Assembly: GCA_004431415.1 (NCBI GenBank)
Contig: QPMI01000444.1
Location: 201,417-265,416, forward strand
DNA from: Cyanophora paradoxa CCMP329
Taxonomy: Eukaryota > Plantae > Glaucophyta
Length of the DNA stretch: 64,000 bases
Direction of reading: 5' to 3'
A program made the position numbers and the translations under genes. Every line of letters starts with the position of its first letter. Within the stretch, counting starts at the first letter, position 1. Under the pieces are notes generated by a model. The model saw nothing but the letters and a program-made list of their open reading frames with translations. It did not search any database and was not told the origin of the DNA. Of this stretch, positions 48,541 to 61,800 are shown piece after piece.

Positions 48541-50262
48541 ATGGTGAGCTGGCGCGGACGCGTTCTATCCTGAGCGCGCGGCTTGACTGACGCAAATCAA
48601 AGGCGCAAAGCACGATACCAGGCGGACCGCTGAGCCCCATGGCCATGCGAGGTACGCAGAACAGTCGGAGCCCTCGTCTGAGAGCCACCATCCGCGCGTC
48701 CTCGACGCGCGTGCTCGTCGTGCTAACTTGCAACCCTGATCACAGCCTACTATCCCGAGATTGGCCGCGATGCCGAGCCACGGTGTGCTTGCGTCCGCGT
48801 GCTCGAGCGTCACCCTTGAGCGCCTGCGCGGAGTTGCTCATATCGATCGCAGCGGTTTGAACGGCCCTCTCTTCACGCGATCACGCTGCGGCGGGAGCAA
48901 CCGCAACGGGATCATCTTTCGTAGCGTGGAGGCCGTGAGGCCTCAGACGGAGCCGGGCCGCCCGGTCGCGCAGTCGTGGGACGGCAGCGATGAGACGATC
49001 TATGGGCTGATTCCAACGGCCGTGCAAGGTGCTTCATGCTCCGCTGTGCCCGCTCGGACGAGTGCCGATGCGCGTCGACGGCGCAGTCCCCGTCCCCGAC
49101 CCGCGGTACCGGAGCCGGCACTCGCCGACCTCGGCGCCGTCGGCGAGCACGTTCGGCATGCACACGACGACGCGCACGACGGTGACGAACCTGTCGGGCG
49201 ACCCGAGCCCCTTCCGCTCCCGCGGCATCGTCCGCCTCCTTTCCTTTCCTTTTTGCGCGCCCTCCTCGCCGACGGCGGGACCGGCGGCAGGGGCACCACC
49301 AGTTCGACGCGGCGACGGCCACCTTCGGCCGCGCCGGGCCGCTCTCCGCCTCTCCCACCGAGTTCCTCACCAAGACGAACCGCAGCCTTCCCCCGGGTGC
49401 CGCATGGCTCCGGAGCTCCGCCGCCCGCGAGCCATCCCGCTCACGCCACCCCGCGCAGCCTCGCGCTTCGAATACCCGGACTCGACGGCGCGTCGCTCCC
49501 CCGTGCCCAGCCGCGCCGAGAAGCCCATCGTGCGCGCCCTGCCCCGCCCCGCCCCGCCCCGCTCGCCCCCTCCTCCCTCGGCCTGCGAGCCCTGGCCTCC
49601 AGATGGGCCTGAAGTCGGGCCGCAACTTCATCACGACCAACATCGTCGAGAACATCCTCTCCGGTGACCCCCGCCCCGCCCCCGCCCCCCCGGCCCTTCG
49701 TCGCGGCCTGACGCGCCCCCGCCCCGCGCGCAGTCCCGAAGCGGCCGACGAGCCGCATACGCAGCCGGATCGACTACCTGCGCAAGGCCGACTACGGGAG
49801 GGTCCCCTCGTACCTCCAGGTCCGCCCCGCTTTGGGCCCCGCGCGCGGCCGGCGGGCCGCCGAGCCGGGGCGCGGCGCAGCACGTGAAGGAGACGCTGGC
49901 GAGCGAGGCGGGGTACGTGCGGGCGGTGGAGGAGTATCGGCGGGCGGAGGCGGAGGGGGCGGGGCGCGTGGCGCCGCTGCCGGGCAAGGAGAAGGCGGCG
50001 ATGCTGGAGGGCCTCAAGAAGAAGTGGGACGAGCTCAACAAGGAGTACCAGATGCTCACCCTCTCCCTCTCCAGCCTCGACACCATCGGCAAGGTGCCGG
50101 GTCGAGTCCCGCGCACCCGCGGCCGCCCCGGGCCCGACCTGACGCCGGCGGCCTTAGGTGAACCGGAAGGAGCAGTACGAGCGGCAGCTGGCGCAGATCC
50201 AGGCCGACATCGCCAAGCTCGCCAAGCAGCACGTCTTCGTCGACGCCGCCGCCGGCGCCTGA
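48541..50262 (+). CDS. ENKUR: Enkurin (flagellar microtubule inner protein, FAP106 homologue)
   Basis: DETIYGLIP...YRSRH...STFG; MGLKSGRNFITTNIVENI; DYLRKADYGRVPSYLQ; LEGLKKKWDELNKEYQML...LDTIGK|VNRKEQYERQLAQIQADIAKL...VFVD. A start at ATG|gtgagc (48541) gives phase-consistent upstream exons but is less certain. Confidence 0.9.
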
Positions 50263-50772
50263 GCGCCAGCGCCCCCGCGAGACCTCGGGGCCTCGGGGGC
50301 GCGGCGGGGCCCCTCGCACGGGGGGCGGCGAGCGACGCCGCAGCCTCAACCCCTCAGCTTTTTCTTTTTTTCTTGAACAGAGGTGGCGGGAGCAGCCCGC
50401 CGAGCGTTTTTTTTTAACGTTAAGTAATTCGGTTTTTTTCTCGCATCGGCCTGCCCTCTTGTACATCGTTAAGCCGTGCTTTGATTGATGCAGGATAGCT
50501 TTTTCTGAGAGCGAGCGCGAGCAGTTGCAACATTCGTGTTAAAATTTAATAACAACAGGCAGGATTCCTTTTGAGGCTGAGAGGCCCTGGGGCTGTACAC
50601 TGCTGGCGCCTCGCTGCTCCCGGGAGTCCCGCTCGACTGGGCACGGGCACGGGCGAGGGCGATGCTTTGGGCGGAGCTGGTCCTGTACATGCATATGCAA
50701 TCTGATCCGATCTCCTCGCGGGGGGGCAAGCTGATTCGACCTCCTCGCGGTGGGGCAAGCGAAGGAAGGGGG

Positions 50773-52443
50773 CTAGTGGGAGTGGCCGTTGGGGCTGGCC
50801 TTGGGGGGCGCCTGCTCCTTGAGGGCGGGCGGGAGGCGCTGGGCGAGGGCCACGAGGGCGTCCTTGACCCCCTTCCGCGTCGTCACCGGGCCGCCCTCCC
50901 ACCCGATCCGCATCCGCCTGCCCGCCCCAGGACGCTTCGGCGCAGAGGAAGGGGCAGGGGTGGGGCGCCGGCGCACGCTTTGGCGTCCCCCCGCGTGACG
51001 TCCAGGTCGAACCTGATCGGGGTCGGATCGGGGCGGCCGCGGAGGGGGGTACAGGTCCAGGCGGGCAGGGGGGGGGGAGAAGGCGGACCCGAGGCGGTCG
51101 ACGCGGAGGAGGCGGGCGGAGGCGACGGGCACGCCGTACCGGAGCTGCACGTACCCCCGCAGCTCCCCCGCGTGGTCGTCGTTCATGTGCCGCGCCACCT
51201 GCCGCGGGGCGCGCCGCGTCGGGCGCCGAGGGACCGGGGGGCGGGTGAGGGGGGTACGGGGTCGGAGAAGTCGGCGAGGGGGTCGGGGTGGGCGGCGGAG
51301 TAGGCGGCGGGGGGTACGGCGGCGGCGCGGGCGAAGCCGCCGACGAGGGAGACCTCCTGGATGCTCGCCATCCGGAACCAGCTGAAGTCCTGCGCGGCGC
51401 TGGATGGTCAACCCGCGCCCCGTCCCCCCGAGCGGGGCGGGCAGGCAGCGGCACGCGCCCCGAAGTCGACTGCGGGGGGCGCGCGCGGTCAGCCGAGGTG
51501 GACTGGGGGGTGAGAGCGAAGAAGGGCGTACCCCAGAATGCGTCGGGGTGCTTCTTGAGGTAGTCGTCGCGGAGCTGCTGGCGCTCCTCCTCTTTGGCGC
51601 GGCGCACGTCCCCCACGACACAGACGCGCGCGTCCGCCATCGACGCGAAGGACGGCTGCAGCACCGTCAGGCTGCACCGCGCGTCCGTGAACAGGTTCTG
51701 CCGCGAGCGTGAGAGGCGGAGGGGCGCGGGGGTCCGGGAGCCGGCGGGGGCGGGCCTGCGTGTGGAGGGAGAGGGAGCTGAAGGCGAAGAAGGGGAGGCC
51801 GTGCGCGTCCGTCGCGTACCCCACCACCGAGCCCACGGGGTACCCCGGCAGCCGCTTCGAGAGCGTCGAGAGGATGCCGGTCCTGCTGCTGCGCTCAGCG
51901 CGGCGGCGCCGGTGCGCGGGGCCGGCGGGGCGGACCTGCCGAGGTGCATCAGGGTGCGCGCCTCCTCCGCGACGCTGATGCGCTCGACCGTGGAGCTCGC
52001 CTCCAGCGCCTTCTCGAACGCGTCGTCGCTCTCGTCCACCGGCAGCGCCGGCGCCGCGCCGGCGCCCGGCGCCGAGCTGCGGTGTGTGAGGCTCGGCCGC
52101 CAGCGACCGGCCCGTGCACAGCGACCCGCGATAGCTCTTTGCGCTCTAGAAACATCTGTTTCCGCCGCTCGGGCGCCGCGCGGCGGCCGGCGCGCACCGC
52201 GTTGAAAGCGCTCTGAACACGCGCACGCCGAGTCGGCGGAGCGCCGGTGCCGCCGACGCGCCTACGCCGACGCCTGCGCGAACCGTAATTCAGCTCGGCA
52301 CGGCGCTGCCCGACGGGCGCGGCCCGGGCGCGCTGTTATTGGGCGGGCGGGGCAGGGGATTCGGGGCCGGAGTGTAAGGCAAGCGCACCGAGAGCGAAAC
52401 CCGCCGCCGTCGTCGCCGTCGCCAGTTGGCGGCCAGTCAACAT
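50773..52443 (-). CDS. HugZ/HOZ-like split-barrel heme-binding protein with C-terminal DUF2470 domain, with organellar presequence
   Basis: AEEARTLM...GILSTLS...GYPVGSVVGYA...FSSLSLHTQ|NLFTDARCSL...YLKKHPDAFW|VDFG|DFSWFRM...VGGFARA...PDPLA...HMNDDH...VDRLG. N-terminal MLTGRQLATATTAAGFAL|GVGVGASAAPALRRLGVRVFRALSTR. Confidence 0.9.
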
Positions 52444-52572
52444 GTTTTCAACCTCGTACCCGGGCGCGGCTTGTTCGTCATACCCCCAAAAACCCACTAC
52501 CATCGTTCGCCGGGAGCCTCTGTGCCCCGGAAGCCTTTCAGGCGTCCCGCAAGTAGCTCTAGCTTGAACTAC
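52444..52572. promoter_or_regulatory. Putative bidirectional promoter (HOZ-like / DEAD-box helicase)
   Basis: Divergent ATGs about 130-150 bp apart. Confidence 0.55.
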
Positions 52573-52596
52573 ATGGCCCCTGGCCTCTGCGTCGAC

Positions 52597-55297
<2,701 letters not shown>

Positions 55298-55815
55298 GCG
55301 CCAGCACGCCCCGGGCGGGCCCCGCCCGGCCCCTCGTCTTTTTCGCCCCTTAAGCTTCCGACCCCTTTTAGACTCGCGTTTTCTCCTTCAGATTCTCGAT
55401 GCAGAACGTTAGCGTTTCGATGTACGCGGCCTGCGCGCGCAGTGCTCTCCTCTTATGTTCGACCGCTACCGACCGCATAGCTATGGTACATGAACGATGG
55501 TAAATTGAAACTAAATTGCCCAAGGTGCTCGGCTGCAGCGTGAACTCGCGAGTGCACGTGCATGCACGGTGGGGAGAGGCCTAGGGGGAGGGCGGGCCGG
55601 GATGGGACGAGGCTCAGGCGCAGGCTGCTCGTGATCGTGATCATGATATCGAGATCGATATCGATGGTCTAGAACTTGAAGATCTCTAGATCTCACTTTT
55701 CGAGCGGTGCAACACAAGCGCTGGCGGCCATTCTTGAATACAAACAATAATTAATATGCACACGAAAGCAACAAGGGAAAAGCCTAAACCGCTGGATCGG
55801 AGGCGCGGGGGCGGC

Positions 55816-58800
55816 TCAGAGCTCGCGCTCGTCGGCCTCCCAGGTCCAGAGGGCGAGCTCGGCGTCGAGGTCGGCGCCCTCCTCGGCGGCCTGGACGTGC
55901 GCCTCGCCGCCCTCCTCGCCGGGCACGGGCGCGCCGACCTCGCCCTCGGCGGTGCTCACGACCCCCGCCACCATCGCCGCCATCAGGTCCTCCGCCGCCT
56001 CCAGCGCGCTCGGCACCGCCGCCGCCGCCGCCCGCCCCTGCCCCGCCCCGCGCCCGCTCGTTCGCCACCGCCATCGCCCCCTCCCGGGCCCCCCCCGGGG
56101 GGCGCACGGCGTCGGCGGCCTCGACCATGCAGCAGTCGTCGAACTTGGTGCAGTAGAGCGAGCAGGCGCTCGCCTCCGTCCCGTTGATCTCCCCGTCGTC
56201 TGCTTCGCGACCGAGTCGCCCCCGCCGTCAGAGACACATGCATGAAATCAATCGTTGAGCTTAAGGTCTGAAAGGGCCTAGGGGGGATCCGGAGCTGAGG
56301 CCCTGAGGACGCGCACCACACTCCTCGGGGTGCTCGACCAGGCCGTTGCCGCACTCCTGCTCGCAGCCGGTGTCAGGTTCAAAGTCACACGAGGGGAGCA
56401 GGAAACGGGGCGGACGTCCACGTGGGCGGTCTTGGCGCTCGCGGGCGCCGGCGCGTTGGAGCCGGCCGTGAGCGTGCACTTGGCGTTGCAGCGGACCACC
56501 CCGCCCGCGTCCGCTGCGCCCCGCGTTCGGCGCGGCCGAAGCGAGGGACTCCGGGAGGCGGCCGCGACCGGCAGCGCACCCTTGCCGTTCACGCCGCCCT
56601 GCGACGCGTGGCCGAGGTCGCACTGCGCGCGCGCGCATCAGCCGCAAGATTTCGGAATTTCATGGCTTCGCGATCCGCACCTCCTCGTCGTTGTCGATCT
56701 TGCCTGCGAGGATCGAGCGCGGGCGAGAAGTCAGTCGCCAATCAGAGCGGTGGGGCCGGGCTCGAGCTCAAGCGAGCATTGACGGACCATTGCCGCAGCA
56801 GCCTGCCACGGGCAAGTTGAAGAAACGATGCAATCAATTTCCAACACGGCCGCGGTCGACGTCGACAAACACGTCAGAATTAAAAACGCACTTGCGGTCT
56901 TGGAGTTCGTGCCGGCCTTTGAGTTCGGGTTCGTGGACGAGCACATGGGCGACTTGACCAGGCGGTCGCACGCCACGAGCCTGGCCGGGCCGCGGGCGCC
57001 AGCTCATGATCAGCGGCGGCCGGCTCGCGATCGGGCGAGGCGGAGTTGGGGCGGACTTCTCGAGCTCGGCGTCGGAGAGGTCGCGCAGCTGGCCGGCGCC
57101 CGCCACGCCCGCCTTGATCGGCTTCTCCTTCAGCGAGGCGACCAGCACGTCGCTGCCGCGCGCGACCACGCGCCCAAGTCAACGAGCGCGCTCGAGATGT
57201 TCCGCGCGCGGCGCTTTGGGCGGCAGAAGGGACGCACCAGCTGAGGGGCACGGTGCACTCCTTGGAGCAGCTCGATGCCCCGTTGCCCGAGCCGAGGTCG
57301 CCTAAAAAGGAACGAAACAGGTCAGCGAAAGGTGCATCGATATCGTTGTCCCTTCACGAGGCGGTGAGAGACACGCACAGGCTTCCGAGGCCTGGTTGAC
57401 GATGCCGTCGCTGAATTCAGAATTAGCCATCTGCTTTCAAAACTAAAAACACAAATGCAAGCGCACCCGCAGACGGGGAGCTTGCACTCCTTGGTGCAAG
57501 TGTCCGCGCTGCCGTTCTTGTCGCCCGCGTCGCACTCCTCCTTGGCCTGGGCAGTGGCCCCCGTCACGTGGGGCACTTGGAGCAGAACACGCAGGGCCTA
57601 AGGAAATGCATATGCCGACCTGGTTGACGATTCCGTCGCCGCAAGAAGCGATCTCTGCGAGACCGAGAGTGCTTGATCATGAGCTTCAGATCTAGTGTTT
57701 GAGCTCCGGCGCGCGCGGCGCGCACTGCAGTCGAGGGTGCATTTCCCCAGCTTCCCGTTCTGGTCGCCGTCGTCGCACATCTCAGCGGCACGGTTGACCG
57801 CGCCATCACTGGCATACAGTCAGTAGACGCAAGACGGAAAACAAAGATCGGCACGCGCTCACCCGCACGACGGGTTCTGGCACCTGATAGACGCGACGAT
57901 CGCGAGCGGGGTGGACGTCAGGTCTGCATCACATTTGTCGAATGCGAAACAGCAGCGGCGCACGTCTTTGTGCACTCGTCGAGCTCGCCGTTCTTGGCGC
58001 CCGCGTCGCAAACTTCGTCTGACTTGTTGACGATTCCGTCACTGCGTGCGCATCAGTCACATTCAGCGCCAAGATCTAGATCAGGAGGCTCGAAGAACGT
58101 AGATAGGGCTTCATACCCGCAGACGGGCATCGCGCAGGTGGCCGTGCAGCTGCGTCAGCAATGTGTCAGCGCACGCCGCGGAATATTTTTTTAAACGCGT
58201 CACGAGCTTCACTCACCGGTCGACCTGACCGTTGGATTCGCCCTCGTCGCCTGCAAAGGGTCAGGGAAATTGACAGATTAGCGGAGGCGGGTACGCTCAC
58301 ATTTTTCATCGGACTGATTCACGGTTCCATCTCCTGTTTCGGAGTCAAGTCAGGTCCTCTTCAATTGCTCAAGATCTAGAAGAGCGAGGGCGGCGCGGTC
58401 GCAGCAGAGGCGCGCGCGACGCACCGCAGCGAGGCAGCTCGCACGTGGCCGTGCACCTGCGCATGCGAGCAGCGAAATTACAAGCCATCGCAGGGATGTC
58501 GCCGTGCTTCGCCCGCACGCGTCGGTGGTGCCGTTCGCGCGGCCGGCGTCACTGAAGTGAAGCAGCGTCAGTTTCCGTGCTTCATGATGGTGTGCATGGC
58601 GGAGGCTATGCTCACCATTTTTCACTGGCTTGATTAATCACGCCATCCCTGCCAGCGTGTGAGACACAAATGGGGGGCCGGGCCGGGGTGACGTGCTATT
58701 GCGTATGGATGCACAACAGAACGCACCCGCAGATGGGGAGCTTGCACGCCTTGGTGCACGTGTCTGCGCTGCCGTTCTTGTCGCCCGCGTCGCACTCCTC

Positions 58801-61800
58801 CGTACCGCGGTTGACTTGTCCATCCCTGAGTGCCCGTCATAATATCGATCAGCCACATCAGCGCGCGATGCCAGCTTTCGCCTAAACGTTGAAGAACCGC
58901 CTGACCCGCAGATGGGCTCCTTGCACTCCTTCGTGCACTGGTCCTTCTCGCCGTTCTTGTCACCCGCGTCGCCTGGCCGAACGTAATTAACTTGTGAAGC
59001 CTAAGCATTAAGCAGGGAACGCAGGTGTTCGCGCACAGGACTCAGAGCCTTGATTGACATATCCATCTCTGTTTGAAAAATTTGAACCCTGGCGTCAGGC
59101 TCTATCCCACGAATTCCGAAATTTGAAATGGCAACGAAACGTCCGCACCCGCAGACGGGCTTCTGGCAGGTCGCCGAGCACCTGCCGCGGGCGGCGTTCA
59201 GCACTGAGCTCGAGCGCGCGCGCGCTGCGCAAAGCATCGCACTTGTCCATCTGGCCGTTGGACTCTCCGTCGTCTGTGCACAATATTTATGTGAGTTTCA
59301 GTGCAAACCGTTGCATTTCAAATCATAGCGCGTACCGCACTGTTCCTCTTCGCGGTTGACTATATTGTCTGCGGTACCTCTCAGCCTTGGGAAAAGTATG
59401 AGCTTACCGAATCTGCGCGGAACAGACCTCCGCACTTCGGCGGCTGAGGGCACGTGCGAGCGCAGTTAGGCGAGAGTTGAGCGTCGGCCACACCGCGGGC
59501 GCGCGCTGTGCTTGCCTGGCAGGTGATTGTGCACTTGTTTAATTCACCTAAAAGTTAAGAAGTCAGACAATTCGGGATCCGCTCTCACGCGTTCTCGAAA
59601 TCGAATTCAGCTCTTCGCACCGTTCTGCCTCCCGTCATCGCACTGCTCGCGCCAAACGCACGCACGCGTCACAGAAAGACGGCGAGCGCGGTTTCAAGGT
59701 ACCGGTGCGCACCTGCTCCTCAGAGCGGTTGACGGCGCCGTCGCCGCAGACGGGCTTCTTGCAAGCGTCCGTGCAGTGGTTCGGCTGCCCGTTGGCCTCG
59801 CCCTCGTCGCACTCCTCGCCTGGCGAAGCGCGCGTCGGACCGGCGGGCGGGATGAGACGCTGTCCCTATATATGTGTTGCGGGCGACGCGCACTCGTGGC
59901 ATTGACGGCGCCATCGCCGCATCGGGGGAGCTGCAATGTTCGCGCATACATATATAAGACTCGACGCGAAGACACGAAACTGTATCGAGGAGCACCTGAC
60001 AGGTCGCCGTGCACTTGTCCTTCTGGCCATTGAGCTTTCCCTCGTCTGCATATGCATAAGAGCTGTAAATAGAATAGGTTCGGAGCTATCGCAAGCCGCA
60101 ATCGCGACGCACCGCAGGCCTCCGACTTCGTGTTCACTTTTCCGTCGCTGCGGACACAAACGCTCAGCAACTATGCGAGCTCACGCGTACGGCGACGGGA
60201 GCCTGCCGGGGCGGACGCACCCGCAGACGGGCATCTTGCACGAGGTGGTGCACCTGAGCCGCGTAAGCGCTACGAGGGGAGGGCTGGATGTAGAGGGGAG
60301 CGCTAGCGCGGGCCGGGGCGGCACCCGTCCGTCTGGCCGTTGGCGGCCCCCGCGTCGCACTCCTCCCCCGCCTGGCTGGAGCCCCGGGGGCCCAGGACGC
60401 CGTCCCCGCACGCCGGCCTCAGCATGCACTTTGCGGTGCACGCTGCGGGGCGCGTGGGCGCGTGCTCTGGAAGTATGCATCTTGGGAATCGAATTGCAAA
60501 GAGCTCACCCTCGCCGTCTCGTCCGTTCAGCCCCCCGCGGGACGCGTGGCCGAGGTCGCACTGCGCATGCGGGTGGAGTCATGCGCGAGCTTTGAAATGG
60601 CGGGAAAAGAGCGAGGGCTCGCGCCTCCTCGTCACCGTCGAGCTTGCCGTTGCCACAGCAAGCTGGTGAATTCCACAATTTCGAAGCGGAACGAAGAGGC
60701 GTCATCAAAGAGAAGGCGATCCAACGCAGGACCGACTAAGCTCAAGAAGGCGTACACAGCTTCTTGACGTCCTCGTCGGACTTGGTCGACGAGCACATCG
60801 CCGACTTGACGATGCGGTCGCACGAGTAGAGCCTGACCGGTACCGGTGTCAGAGATCGAGAGCAGAGAGCAGAGCCGAAGGGAGCGCGTGGGCGCACTTC
60901 TCGAGCTCGGCGGGCGTCAGGTCCTTCATCTGCCCAACCCCTCCGGGCCCCGCCTTCACGGGCTTGCCCTTGAGCACGTTGTTGCTGCCGCATCCGAAGC
61001 GATCGTCAGCGATCGGAAGGCTCGCAAACGTCACCGCTCATGATCATGGCCATGGAAAGCACCAGCTGAGGGGCACGGTGCATTCCTTGGTGCACTCCTG
61101 CGCATGGGCCGCGCTCGCGCGGTCAGTCCGGCACCGCGCCGCGGCGCGCATCTCAGATCATAAGTTCAAGGAAGAGATCTCACGTCGCCCTTTCCATTTG
61201 ATCGGCCCGCGTCACCTGCAAATTGGAGAGGGTTTAAACTTGAAGATGCTCGTGATCAAGGAATAATTCTGCTGAAGAAACTTGCGTACAGGCTTCCGAG
61301 GCTTGATTAATGATGCCGTCGCTGCAAAGAAATAAGCCGTTTTCTTTTAAGACCCTGAACGAAGTATATAATATGCTTCTCAGTGCGCACCCGCAGACGG
61401 GGAGCTTGCACTCCTTGGTGCACGTGTCCGCGCTGCCGTTCTTGTCGCCCGCGTCGCACTCCTCCTTGGCCTGGCCACGGACGTCGACAGCGGCCCCCGT
61501 CAGGCGTGGCAATCAGAGCAGAATGTGAGAAGGGTCTGAGCTGACCTGGTTGACGATGCCGTCGCCGCAAGAGGCAATCTCTGCAAATAGCAAGCGCGTG
61601 AGCTCGTAGCCTAGCGGTTCCCCAAAAAAAGTCCGGCGCGGCGCTCACTGCAGTCGAGGGTGCATTTCCCCGGCTTCCCGTTCTGGTCGCCGTCGTCACA
61701 CATTTCAGCGGCACGGTTGACCGCGCCATCACTGGCATGCAGTCAGTAGACGCAAGACGGAAAACAAAGCTCGGCACGCGCTCACCCGCACGACGGATTC

